Virus record (IMG/VR): IMGVR_UViG_2757320919_000001
Location: 1-64,000 of that record
Direction: 5' to 3' (one strand)
Source of the DNA: a virus
Lineage: Duplodnaviria; Caudoviricetes
DNA: 64,000 nucleotides
The notes under the pieces were generated by a model that ran no database searches, was not told the DNA's origin, and saw only the letters and a program-made list of their open reading frames with translations. The stretch's first letter is position 1. Each line of letters begins with the position of its first letter. Below are positions 8,751 to 18,202 of the stretch, piece by piece. A program made the translations under genes and the position numbers.

Positions 8751-10513
8751 TCTTTTACCCAAACACCTTGACCACAATCCCATACTCTATTATATCCATT
8801 TAATAACATGTTTTCATACTCAGTTAAGTTTGGATCAAATCTTTCTAGTTTGTCTTTTAGTTTATGCTTCATAAATTGTTGTCTTGAATATTTGTTATTA
8901 CCTTTAATGTAAAAATATCCAGGTGCTGAATAATGACTAAAAGAAAACCCTAATTGTTTGTATATTGATCCATCAGAGTAAAGTCTATCCGAGTAACTTA
9001 TTAATGACCCAGGGTTATTTTTATGAAAATGTTTTAATAATCTAGAGGCACCACCTACAATATTCAATCCCATCTTAGTGCATAATCTGATTAATTCCCA
9101 ATCATAACTATTAGTGAATCTTGGTTTACCAAAGCTCATTAGGCACATCAACTCATCTTTGTAATACAACCCATAGCAGATAGAACTACCAGTAAATCCT
9201 TGGAGATGATTACTTTCTAAAAACTCTTTCTCTTCTGCTTTAGATACTTGTTTTAGGATACATTTTCTAGCCATTATTTTGTCTGATTTTCCTAGTTTAT
9301 TGTTTATAATTGACTTCCATATTTCTTTTTTCTCTATCCAAGATGATTCAAAAATATGTAAAAGCTGAATACCTTTTTCTTTACACTTTTCTGTTTTATT
9401 TAAATGGTAGTTTTTGTCTTTACCCATTTGCTCAGAATGCCAATAGTCTCCATTACATTCTATCGCTAAATTATACCCTGGTAAATAGAAGTCTAGTTCT
9501 TTATCACCTAGAATTGAATAATCATTTTCTATATAGTTATCTAGTAAATCAGATACTTCTTTTTCAAATGAGCTAGTAGAAGGGTTGCATGTAGGACATA
9601 AAATATTTCCTCTTTTGAAATGTCCGAAACTTCTTTGAAAAATATGGCCTTCTGGGCATTCAACGGTTAAATATTTTGCTAAGTTTTCTGATGTAATTTT
9701 ATAACCTAATTCATTTATAATTAATACTTTTTCATCATCTTTGCATTTTGGACAATATGTTACATTTTTACCAAAAAAGTTGCTAAATGATCTTTGAAAA
9801 ATATGTCCTTTTGTACATTTAACTTCTAAACTATGTCCTAAAGACTCAGACTGAATTGTAAATCCCAACTTACTTAAATACATTTCTTTTTTATTTTTAT
9901 CACATTCAGGACATATAACTGTACCTTTCTCAAAGGTATAATATGTCCTTTTAAAAATATGTCCTTTTGGGCATTTAACCATTAAATTATAGGTTAAATC
10001 ATCAGAAACAGCTTTATAACCACATTTCTTCAGAAAATCTAGTTTATTCTGTTTATTACAATCTGGGCATATAACATGACCATTAGCAAATTTACTAAAT
10101 TGTCGCTTAAAAGTGTGCCCATTTGGACATTCTACTAAATTATCAGATTTATATTTAAATCCTAAATTATGAAGATGGTTTATCTTATTTTTAAGTTCAC
10201 ATTTTGGGCATGAATGTGTTCCTTTTTTAAAAACACTAAGTGCTCTTTTAAAAACATGTCCATGTTTACATTCCACTTCAAAACAATCATTTTTATCTTT
10301 TGATATTATTTTATATCCCAAATTATGTAAAAACTGCATTTTTGCTTCGTCTTTACATTTTGGACATGTAGTACAACCTTTTTCAAAAACACTAAATGCT
10401 CTTTTAAAAGTATGTCCTTTAAAACATTTAACCTCTAAATTAACTGATAGATTTTTAGATATAACTTCATATCCTAAATTATTCAAATATGTTATTTTAT
10501 CGTTATTATCCAT
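8747..10513 (-). CDS. Hef-like endonuclease copy 1: 6 zinc-finger repeats + Vsr/DUF559-like nuclease + Mom-like GNAT domain
   Basis: Six C-x3-H-x15/16-C-x2-C repeats; ELDFYLP..NLAIECNGDYWH; WELIRL...SYSD...GSIY..LGF. Confidence 0.8.
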   Translation of the reverse strand: MDNNDKITYLNNLGYEVISKNLSVNLEVKCFKGHTFKRAFSVFEKGCTTCPKCKDEAKMQFLHNLGYKIISKDKNDCFEVECKHGHVFKRALSVFKKGTHSCPKCELKNKINHLHNLGFKYKSDNLVECPNGHTFKRQFSKFANGHVICPDCNKQNKLDFLKKCGYKAVSDDLTYNLMVKCPKGHIFKRTYYTFEKGTVICPECDKNKKEMYLSKLGFTIQSESLGHSLEVKCTKGHIFQRSFSNFFGKNVTYCPKCKDDEKVLIINELGYKITSENLAKYLTVECPEGHIFQRSFGHFKRGNILCPTCNPSTSSFEKEVSDLLDNYIENDYSILGDKELDFYLPGYNLAIECNGDYWHSEQMGKDKNYHLNKTEKCKEKGIQLLHIFESSWIEKKEIWKSIINNKLGKSDKIMARKCILKQVSKAEEKEFLESNHLQGFTGSSICYGLYYKDELMCLMSFGKPRFTNSYDWELIRLCTKMGLNIVGGASRLLKHFHKNNPGSLISYSDRLYSDGSIYKQLGFSFSHYSAPGYFYIKGNNKYSRQQFMKHKLKDKLERFDPNLTEYENMLLNGYNRVWDCGQGVWVKD

Positions 10514-10541
10514 ATAATTATATCCTAAATATTTTAATACT

Positions 10542-10574
10542 ATTATAACATAAACTATATTAAATCAACCTTAA
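10542..10574 (-). promoter_or_regulatory. Early-type promoter for endonuclease copy 1
   Basis: TTAAG-GTTGAT-TTAAT-N11-TATAAT. Confidence 0.6.
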
Positions 10575-10576
10575 CT

Positions 10577-10584
10577 TATAAATA
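10577..10584 (+). promoter_or_regulatory. Late promoter TATAAATA
   Basis: Exact consensus upstream of gp15. Confidence 0.65.
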
Positions 10585-10621
10585 AATGGATAACATAATA
10601 ACTTATGAAGGGTGAAATTAA

Positions 10622-11653
10622 ATGGAGTTTTTCTTTTTCGAAACAACTAAGAAGTACTGTAAAGGGTTACTCGATATATTCAATAGTATACAAGTTAAAA
10701 AGAAAATAGATGAAAAAACAGATAAGTATGTCACAGTACCTATTAGTTTTGGAAGTAAAGATGCTGCTTCTGTTTTTAGTGATACAGAATTAGATCAATT
10801 ATTAAATGGTAATTTTAACATATTACCTAGAATGTCTTTAGCTTTAATGAGTATGGAAAGAGATGATCAAAGAGCTACAAGTAGATTTCAAATACCTATA
10901 AAAGATATTGACGGAAAAAATATAACTTTTCAACATAACTGTGTTCCTTATTCTTTTGATTTTGTATTAAGTATAGCTACAAGATCTTTAACTGACTTAA
11001 CTTCTATATTAGAGCAAATTTTACCTTTCTTTAACCCAAACATCAATTTAAGGGTTAGAGAGTTAGAATGGTTAACAGAACCTACAACTATACAAGTTGA
11101 ATTAATTAGTGTAGATTATGAATTACCTGATGAAAATGATGGAGCTGATATAAGAATTTGTAGTGCTAATGTTACAATGAGGCTTCACGGGAATATATAT
11201 CCCCCTATTAAAAATGGTGCTGTTATTCAACAGGTTAAACTATACTTATCACCAGTGGTAGATTTCTCTGAAGATAGTAAAGAAATAGTGCATAAGTTTA
11301 ATGTTAATGAAAATACACATATGATGGATATAGATTCATTTGTTAGAATAGATTATGGTGAAGAATGGAATAAAGTAAAACCAGTTATAGATGGTGTAAA
11401 GGGTGAAGTTAAAAACTTACCTATTCAAGAAAATATAAAATATAGGATATTATACACAGATGATACTGATGATAATATTAAGTTTATTATAAATGTATTA
11501 GAAGATAATGGTGTTAATCCTATTATATCAAAACAATTAAATTATTTTACTGTGTTTGCTAAAAATAAAGGTACCTTAAAGTTAAGTATTCAAGCAGTAA
11601 ATTCATTTGATTTACAAAGTAATATTTATGAAATGGAGTTAGAATTCTCATGA
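10622..11653 (+). CDS. 15: gp15 tail sheath terminator/completion protein
   Basis: VPISFGSK...ILPRMSL...VPYSFDF...ILEQILPFFNP motifs. Confidence 0.88.
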   Translation: MEFFFFETTKKYCKGLLDIFNSIQVKKKIDEKTDKYVTVPISFGSKDAASVFSDTELDQLLNGNFNILPRMSLALMSMERDDQRATSRFQIPIKDIDGKNITFQHNCVPYSFDFVLSIATRSLTDLTSILEQILPFFNPNINLRVRELEWLTEPTTIQVELISVDYELPDENDGADIRICSANVTMRLHGNIYPPIKNGAVIQQVKLYLSPVVDFSEDSKEIVHKFNVNENTHMMDIDSFVRIDYGEEWNKVKPVIDGVKGEVKNLPIQENIKYRILYTDDTDDNIKFIINVLEDNGVNPIISKQLNYFTVFAKNKGTLKLSIQAVNSFDLQSNIYEMELEFS

Positions 11654-12105
11654 AAGAAAAAGCAGAAGCATTAGGAAAAAAATTAGATAAAATAAATGAT
11701 ATTTTTAATATAACAGAAAAAACAATAGTTGAAGTTGAAAAATCAGATTTAGTAAAATCTAATCCAGAAGAAAATCTAAAGTTCACATATTTAAAAGAAG
11801 ATTTTAACTTAATGAGAGAATCTTTAGTTAATACTATTAAAAGAGGACAAGATATATTAGAAGTTATTTCGAATAATATATTAGCTGATCCTTTATCTTC
11901 TAATCAAGCTGTTATGGCTTATTCAACATTAGTTGATACTATAAACAATAGTACAAAATTACTTACTGATATCTACAAAAATATAGTTGATATTCAAATT
12001 AAGATAGCTCCAAAAGAAGCTGAAAAAGGTAGTGGTAAGCAAGAAATAATGACTATTGCTCAAATTACAAAAATGATTAGCAAAAATCAACAAAGCCAAA
12101 GTTAG
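11650..12105 (+). CDS. 16: gp16-like terminase small subunit
   Basis: Helical 151 aa with DFNLMRESL...AYSTLVDTINNSTKLL; directly follows gp15 as in T4. Confidence 0.65.
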   Translation: MKEKAEALGKKLDKINDIFNITEKTIVEVEKSDLVKSNPEENLKFTYLKEDFNLMRESLVNTIKRGQDILEVISNNILADPLSSNQAVMAYSTLVDTINNSTKLLTDIYKNIVDIQIKIAPKEAEKGSGKQEIMTIAQITKMISKNQQSQS

Positions 12106-12113
12106 GCTTTGTT
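12089..12113. terminator. Hairpin between convergent genes
   Basis: AACAAAGCC-N7-GGCTTTGTT. Confidence 0.65.
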
Positions 12114-12146
12114 TAATTCTATTAAAAATAATTTGTATTAATATCC

Positions 12147-12338
12147 TCAGACATTTTTATTACTTTTAATTATATTTTCAATTCTTTCTACAATATAACA
12201 ACCAGTAATTACAATAACAGTTATAACATTACTTAAACTAATTTCACCATCTATTATTACTAGCAGAAGTATTAGATATAACAACAAAATACAAGCACAA
12301 AAATTATTTATAAACCAATTTAATACTTTTTTAAACAT
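12147..12338 (-). CDS. Small membrane protein
   Basis: Two hydrophobic segments; AAGGAG RBS. Confidence 0.6.
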   Translation of the reverse strand: MFKKVLNWFINNFCACILLLYLILLLVIIDGEISLSNVITVIVITGCYIVERIENIIKSNKNV

Positions 12339-12361
12339 TTTATCTCCTTTTTAATTATTTA

Positions 12362-12661
12362 TCAAGATTCCAATTGATATTCTCTAAAATCACAAAGCTC
12401 TCCTACTTTATCTTCTATTTCTTTTTTGTGGTTTGGACATAATTCTATAATATCACATAATAATTTTATTGAAAAGAAAAATAATTCAGTTTCTTTATCA
12501 ATTTTTTCAATAGGTATATTGTAGTTTAAACTTATAAACTCTTTTACAACACTATATTTTGATTTTTCCATTTTGTAATTTTCCTGTACTAATGCAGATT
12601 TAGTATTAATGCAGTGATATTTCTTATTAATCTTACACATTTTAAAATTACTTAATTTCAT
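12362..12661 (-). CDS. Hypothetical protein
   Basis: 99-aa ORF with AAGGA RBS. Confidence 0.6.
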   Translation of the reverse strand: MKLSNFKMCKINKKYHCINTKSALVQENYKMEKSKYSVVKEFISLNYNIPIEKIDKETELFFFSIKLLCDIIELCPNHKKEIEDKVGELCDFREYQLES

Positions 12662-12914
12662 TGTTTTTCCTTTTTAAAATATTTTTATCTATATCTTCTT
12701 TTATACTGTTTTCATCATCTTTTATATTTAATCCATGTTCATTTAATTCTTGTTTAAGTTTTTCATAATTATAAAATTCTTTTTTACTTGTGTAGCAATT
12801 AAAATATTCTAGCATTTTATTTCCTCTATTAAATTATCTTCATTATTCATACTGTAACATACTAGTCTTAAATTAAGCTTATTGTGTGTTATATGATAAT
12901 TAATATCTTTTATC

Positions 12915-13298
12915 CTAACATATAAAGTCTTCAAGTGCATTTTCAAGTAGATTTTTATAATTATTTCTATCAGCAAAATAATATTTACCATCTTTAAACA
13001 AATAAATGTATTTTATATCACAATAATGGTCATCAAATACTATATTCTTAAATGCTTCCAAATTCATTTTTACATCATGATTATAATTATGTTCATATTC
13101 AAAGAAATTGCATAAATCAATGCGGTTTGATAAAAAACGAATATCTTTACCTATATCTAATAATTCACACAATTTATTATAATTATAATTTTGTAAAAGT
13201 ATTCTACCAGCTAATTCTATATTACCATCATACATACAAAACGAGTATTTCACATTATTATTGTTTTCTAATATACCTATAAAACATCTATTTGTCAT
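12915..13298 (-). CDS. Conserved phage hypothetical protein
   Basis: MTNRCFIG...FCMYDG...G..L.QNY pattern typical of small early phage proteins; GAGGA RBS. Confidence 0.65.
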   Translation of the reverse strand: MTNRCFIGILENNNNVKYSFCMYDGNIELAGRILLQNYNYNKLCELLDIGKDIRFLSNRIDLCNFFEYEHNYNHDVKMNLEAFKNIVFDDHYCDIKYIYLFKDGKYYFADRNNYKNLLENALEDFIC

Positions 13299-13310
13299 TT
13301 TAATCCTCTG

Positions 13311-13343
13311 TGTAGTTAATAAAACTTAGTTTTATTAACTACA
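13311..13343. repeat. Perfect 16-bp inverted repeat
   Basis: TGTAGTTAATAAAACT-T-AGTTTTATTAACTACA, abutting the RBS of 12915..13298. Confidence 0.8.
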
Positions 13344-13390
13344 AAATATCATCATAAATTGAGTAATCATATTTCCACAGATAATTTATT

Positions 13391-13828
13391 TTAGTTTCCT
13401 TCTTTATTAAATACAGCTAATGAAACATTATCTGGGCAACCTTTTTGTAGTTTTTCCTTTAAAAAAGTTATAATTGAGTACAAATTAATAATATTTTCAA
13501 AATAATCATCATTATATGAATATCTTCCATTTGTACCATAATACACAACCTTATATCCAATGCTATAGACATCTCCGATATAATTAAGAAGATAACACCA
13601 AGAAATTGTTCCATAAGTTTTGTTTTCATCAAGAGTTTCTATTTCTCTACAATCTTTTAATATTTCCTCAACTTTTTTAATATTCTCTTTAGTTGTTATT
13701 TCAGGAAATTTTAGTTTAATACATTCTAACATTAAATCATATATTTGTAGTTTTTGTTTATCATCGCTTTTTTGTAGTTCCAAAAAGAGCAATAAGCAAT
13801 CATTATAAACACTTTTGTAATTTTCCAT
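13391..13828 (-). CDS. Hypothetical protein
   Basis: 145 aa with RBS and an upstream promoter-like motif at 13869-13900. Confidence 0.65.
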   Translation of the reverse strand: MENYKSVYNDCLLLFLELQKSDDKQKLQIYDLMLECIKLKFPEITTKENIKKVEEILKDCREIETLDENKTYGTISWCYLLNYIGDVYSIGYKVVYYGTNGRYSYNDDYFENIINLYSIITFLKEKLQKGCPDNVSLAVFNKEGN

Positions 13829-13982
13829 TTTTATCCTTTTTGGTTAAATAATTTTCTTTACTTTTATAATTGTAACACATTAGTCTTAAAATAATTTTAA
13901 ATCACAACTATTATCACGATATTGAGTTACTATGTCAATATATCTAAAAGTTTATTTTTACTTTTTAAATTCTTTTATTAAT

Positions 13983-14540
13983 TTACTTCTCCCAACCTTC
14001 AAACATACAACTTTCATAATCAGCTTTATACCATTTTGCTTTAGCCTCATCTGAAGTATCTTTGATAAACTTCTTTAACTTCTCATCATAATACCCTGTT
14101 CTACTTTCAATTTCTTTAATTTTTTCTAGCATACATTTATAGAAATCAAAATCAAAATCTAAGTCTGAAACTTGTTTCTCTATATTAGAAAGTATATAAC
14201 TTACAATTTCATAATAATCAATTTTACTCATTCCATAATTTACCTCATTATTTAATGCTAAAGAATTTTTATCAATTAAATAACTATTTAGACATATTGA
14301 TAAACTCATTCTTGAATTACCATAAAAATCATATTCAATATCAAAAGCATTAAAACAAAATACCGCTATATCACAAAGTGCGTCAACTCTTTCTAAATCA
14401 TCTTTTGCTCTAAAATACTCACTTACTTTTTTAAAAACATTACCTAAAAATTCTGCTTGCTGATTTTCATAGGTTAAATGTCTTTCTTCACGCCATTGTG
14501 TCAATCTTTCTTTAATTTTATTAAATTGTGTTTTTGTCAT
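13983..14540 (-). CDS. MazG-like all-alpha NTP pyrophosphohydrolase
   Basis: SEYF...ERVDALCDIAVF motif. Some expected acidic residues appear replaced (FKKVSE). Confidence 0.5.
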   Translation of the reverse strand: MTKTQFNKIKERLTQWREERHLTYENQQAEFLGNVFKKVSEYFRAKDDLERVDALCDIAVFCFNAFDIEYDFYGNSRMSLSICLNSYLIDKNSLALNNEVNYGMSKIDYYEIVSYILSNIEKQVSDLDFDFDFYKCMLEKIKEIESRTGYYDEKLKKFIKDTSDEAKAKWYKADYESCMFEGWEK

Positions 14541-14881
14541 TTTGTTCCCCTTAATTTTAAGTATGTAAATCTACATAGTATGTCATTTAGAAACTGTTCA
14601 GATTTCAAATCCAGAACCCTCTTATCACTTTCCACAAATACAAGGATATAATTCATTAAGTAATTTTCAAGTTCTTCTTTTACATTTTCAACATCAATAT
14701 CACTACAGTCTTCTTTCACAGCTAACATAATTAGTGTGGTTGATGTATTGTTAACAAGGTTTCCTGTCCATTCATAGAAACAACATTCCACATAACCCTC
14801 TGAATAATATGCACTGATTATCACTTTAGAAAATAAATTCAGATGTATTAAAACATTCTCACTAGTCCTGATTAACTTCAT
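14537..14881 (-). CDS. Hypothetical protein
   Basis: 114 aa, overlaps the next gene by ATGA coupling. Confidence 0.6.
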   Translation of the reverse strand: MKLIRTSENVLIHLNLFSKVIISAYYSEGYVECCFYEWTGNLVNNTSTTLIMLAVKEDCSDIDVENVKEELENYLMNYILVFVESDKRVLDLKSEQFLNDILCRFTYLKLRGTK

Positions 14882-14972
14882 ACCACTTCCTCACATTCAA
14901 TATATCTTAATAGGTTCTCATTTTCATGTATATTGCCAATAATATACATTTCTTCTATTGTATTGTTTTATC
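14878..14972 (-). pseudogene. YopX-family C-terminal remnant
   Basis: Reads NNTIEEMYIIGNIHENENLL, matching the end of 17775..18155 (EMWLSGNIHENMNLL), but has no N-terminal part. Confidence 0.6.
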
Positions 14973-15291
14973 ATTTTAATTCCCTACTATATTTAACTAA
15001 TTCTATATCACTTTCTAATTCATTTTCGACATATTCTGATATAGAATTAACACATAAATTGCCACTCCATCTAATGTTTGTTTTATCATCTTTATTAAAT
15101 TTAAATCTAACGAAAATATTGCAATCCTTATTAACTTCTAAGTGAAACTTTAAATTATCTATACTTGCGCACTTATCGCAATTTTCATCATCATTCCAAT
15201 CACAAGTTTTTATAAAATTTTCGACTATAAACTCAGCATCCTTTCTAGTGACAACTTCTACATAATCATTTTCAAATACTGTTGATACCAT
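14971..15291 (-). CDS. Hypothetical protein
   Basis: 106 aa with GAAAGG RBS. Confidence 0.6.
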   Translation of the reverse strand: MVSTVFENDYVEVVTRKDAEFIVENFIKTCDWNDDENCDKCASIDNLKFHLEVNKDCNIFVRFKFNKDDKTNIRWSGNLCVNSISEYVENELESDIELVKYSRELK

Positions 15292-15333
15292 TACCTTTTC
15301 CTTTCAATTTACATAAGTTATATTATTATAAAC

Positions 15334-15537
15334 TTAGTTATTATCCATCCATTCTACTATTCTTAAAGCATCCTTATAATTTTCAGCAAATAATGCTCCG
15401 CCTTTATCACCGAAAACATAATACTTGTTGAATTTAAATTTATATGATATATAATAATTATCTTTTGCGGTGCTTTTTATTTTTATAGGATAGAACATAC
15501 ACATTAATTCTATAGTCCATTGTTTAATTTTATTCAT
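15334..15537 (-). CDS. Hypothetical protein
   Basis: 67 aa with RBS. Confidence 0.55.
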   Translation of the reverse strand: MNKIKQWTIELMCMFYPIKIKSTAKDNYYISYKFKFNKYYVFGDKGGALFAENYKDALRIVEWMDNN

Positions 15538-15539
15538 TA

Positions 15540-15773
15540 TTACCTTCCTTTATTGCAATTTTTATAAAATAATAATTCTTCACTAGGACCTATATATTTT
15601 ACATATAATTTGTAAAATTCATCATTTAGTATTATTTCTGGTGACTTTTTAACAACATTTGAAATATCTCTTGTTATTTCGATTTTCATTTTATGGTTAT
15701 CATATTTTAAATAACAGTAAATTATTCCTGACAGAATAATTAATCCTATAAATATAATTACATTCCCATTCAT
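15540..15773 (-). CDS. Small membrane-anchored protein
   Basis: N-terminal hydrophobic helix; GGGAG RBS. Confidence 0.6.
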   Translation of the reverse strand: MNGNVIIFIGLIILSGIIYCYLKYDNHKMKIEITRDISNVVKKSPEIILNDEFYKLYVKYIGPSEELLFYKNCNKGR

Positions 15774-15909
15774 TTACAACTCCCTTCAAGCATTTTATCA
15801 TTTATTTGGTGAATCATTAATATCTTCATTATAACTCCCCCAATTATTTCTTTTGGGGTAAGTCTTATGCTAATATATTTCCACTAATTTTTAATATTTT
15901 TCTACTTCA

Positions 15910-16386
15910 TCACTGTGATAGAGCGATTTTTTCAACTATTTTATATAATCTTTTATATTCGTCTATAATAGATTCTATATTGGTTTCTAGATTTTTATTA
16001 CTAATGTGAGAAACAGAAGCATAATCGGCTTTTAGCTCTCTCATAGCTTGCTTAATATCATCCATATAATCACGGATGTTTTCTTGGTATATTTTCAATT
16101 TTGGTGATTTGAGTTCATCCCTATACCAAGGCATATCGTTTTTATAGATAACTAGATATTGATTTATATTCCATAATTCGTTCAGCAAGTCACTATAAAT
16201 GTTATAATATTGTTTGGAATCATATCCACCCCTTGCAAGCTTGTGTAGAATTTTCAAAGCTTTCTTCCCACGCGATTCTATATTATTATAATCTTCTTTA
16301 AAATCCAGACCTGTTTTGCTGTTGGTTACATAAACCTCACTGAGCATATCATTAACAACTTCATTAATAAATTTTACAAATGGCAT
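15910..16386 (-). CDS. Helical protein with capsid-targeting-like N-terminus
   Basis: Begins MPFVKFINE, similar to three other ORFs in the window. Confidence 0.65.
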   Translation of the reverse strand: MPFVKFINEVVNDMLSEVYVTNSKTGLDFKEDYNNIESRGKKALKILHKLARGGYDSKQYYNIYSDLLNELWNINQYLVIYKNDMPWYRDELKSPKLKIYQENIRDYMDDIKQAMRELKADYASVSHISNKNLETNIESIIDEYKRLYKIVEKIALSQ

Positions 16387-16451
16387 TTGTTATCCTTTTT
16401 AATCGTTTAATTTTTATACCATAATTATATCAGATTAGCCTTAAAATAAAC

Positions 16452-16605
16452 TTATCTTACTCTAAATTCTACATTGAAAATAGGATATAATGTAAGTTCT
16501 TTACCACAATTCATACATTCATAACAATTGTAAGTCATTTAAAATATCTTGATCTATTTCAATATTTTGCTTACAACAAGGACATTTTACAATGTTATTT
16601 ACCAT
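16452..16605 (-). pseudogene. Frameshifted small zinc-ribbon gene
   Basis: MVNNIVKCPCCKQ... in one frame continues as YECMNCGKELTL... in another. Confidence 0.5.
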
Positions 16606-16608
16606 AAC

Positions 16609-17025
16609 TTACTCCTTCAACAAATCTTCGTTTTCATAAATGTTACCAACTACTTCAAAAGTATTTAAATACTCACATTTATCAATGTCAAATTCGCCAC
16701 ATAAAGTTTCATGAAAATCATATACATATTTCCATTTACCTTTAAGTGCAACAAATTTATTTTCACTATCACGCCAATCTATTATTACTAATTCTTCATA
16801 ATTTGGTGCTTTAACTTTTACAATATCACCTTCATAAACTTTTTTTCCATTAATATCTTTATAATTTGTGCATAAATTAATAATAGTATTTTCATCAAAT
16901 TCTGATAATCTTGTTTTTGCTTCATCACCATAAATGAATTTTGTTTGATGACATTTACATAATTTATCACTACATCCAACAAATTTTTCATCATATATTC
17001 TAAAAATAAAGTTTTTAAGTTTCAT
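16609..17025 (-). CDS. YopX-family protein
   Basis: FRIYD...KDINGKKVYEGDIV...EVVGNIYEN. Confidence 0.8.
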   Translation of the reverse strand: MKLKNFIFRIYDEKFVGCSDKLCKCHQTKFIYGDEAKTRLSEFDENTIINLCTNYKDINGKKVYEGDIVKVKAPNYEELVIIDWRDSENKFVALKGKWKYVYDFHETLCGEFDIDKCEYLNTFEVVGNIYENEDLLKE

Positions 17026-17360
17026 GTTGTTTCCTTATTATCAACTATCCAATCTATCCACTCTTTCATAATAGAATCAACATATCCATCACTTGTACTA
17101 CAACTCCAAGTGTGGTTAGTATCTATTCCAAAATATATTTCATTATCTTTTTGACCTTCAAACTCTTTATCACCTAATTTTCTATTCTGTATCCAAGTTA
17201 TAGCACCATCATTAGATAATGTATGGTTATCATACCAATAAAGTCCCAGATCTTTAAATAAATTTTCATCTATTAGCAAATATCCACATCTCCATGATTT
17301 ATTAGGTAAAACAACATATCTAAAACCTTTGTATTCTCTGAAATCAACTTTTACTTTCAT
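17022..17360 (-). CDS. Hypothetical protein
   Basis: 112 aa with WRCGY...GAITW...FGIDTNH motifs seen in small phage proteins. Confidence 0.65.
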   Translation of the reverse strand: MKVKVDFREYKGFRYVVLPNKSWRCGYLLIDENLFKDLGLYWYDNHTLSNDGAITWIQNRKLGDKEFEGQKDNEIYFGIDTNHTWSCSTSDGYVDSIMKEWIDWIVDNKETT

Positions 17361-17778
17361 TTGTTTCCTCCAATAAATCTTTAATCACATTAATATTTCC
17401 AACAATTTCCATATATTTGCTTGATGGTATGGATTTGAAAAAACTTATATCTGCATTTTTCTTATATTTGTAAAGTTGCCCTTTAATATTTTTTCGATAT
17501 ATTGCTATTTCAAGAATATTATAAACAATATCATTTCTTGTAATAAGATAAAATTCTTCAAATTCTTTATTTTCTAAAATATCACCTTCATAAATCTTTT
17601 TGCCATTTTTGTCATAAAATCCTGTAAATAATTCTATTTCATAATCTATAGTAGGTTTTTCATAGGTTAATTGATTAAATACGCTAGTTATAAAACCCAA
17701 CGACTCTATTATACTTCCTGCTTCATATGTTTTAGAATTATTATTCCAAACCCTAAAATCAAAATCTTTTAATTTCAT
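17344..17778 (-). CDS. YopX-family protein
   Basis: FRVWN...FTGFYDKNGKKIYEGDIL...EIVGNI. Confidence 0.85.
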   Translation of the reverse strand: MKLKDFDFRVWNNNSKTYEAGSIIESLGFITSVFNQLTYEKPTIDYEIELFTGFYDKNGKKIYEGDILENKEFEEFYLITRNDIVYNILEIAIYRKNIKGQLYKYKKNADISFFKSIPSSKYMEIVGNINVIKDLLEETNESKS

Positions 17779-18155
17779 TCTTCATCCTTTAACAAATTCA
17801 TATTTTCGTGGATATTACCAGAAAGCCACATTTCTTTTATTTTCTTATTTTTATCATCCATAAAATGTTCAAAATACCACCCACAACATCCATCAGATAA
17901 CCTTGAATAAAGTCCGTCTTTTATATCAAAACAAACAATTTCATAAATCAATTCTTCATGTGCTTCATCCTCCATATATTCTTCAACCCATGTTAAGTGT
18001 TCTAAAATATCTCCAGCATATATTTTATTTCCATTTTCATCAATATATCCAGTAAAAAGTTCTACATCACCATCAATAGGATTTTCATTGTAGTAAAATT
18101 TTTTGTTTTTATCGTCCCATACTCTATAATTAAGTTTCATTTTCTTTCCTTTCAA
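17775..18155 (-). CDS. YopX-family protein
   Basis: YRVWD...FTGYIDENGNKIYAGDIL...GNIHEN. Probable start at the second Met. Confidence 0.8.
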   Translation of the reverse strand: MKGKKMKLNYRVWDDKNKKFYYNENPIDGDVELFTGYIDENGNKIYAGDILEHLTWVEEYMEDEAHEELIYEIVCFDIKDGLYSRLSDGCCGWYFEHFMDDKNKKIKEMWLSGNIHENMNLLKDEE

Positions 18156-18170
18156 ATTTTAATTTTTACA

Positions 18171-18202
18171 ATTATAACAAAATATACTTAAACTAAACTT
18201 AA
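18171..18202 (-). promoter_or_regulatory. Early-type promoter
   Basis: TTAAG-TTTAGT-TTAAG-N10-TATAAT, overlapping the upstream stop codon. Confidence 0.7.

Noticed and set aside
8747-10513. Transposase/IS interpretation of the repeated endonuclease genes
   Set aside because: No terminal inverted repeats, target-site duplications or DDE/HUH motifs were seen.
12809-12991. 60-aa ORF overlapping 12915..13298
   Set aside because: Overlaps a better-supported gene and has no RBS; at most part of a degraded downstream gene.
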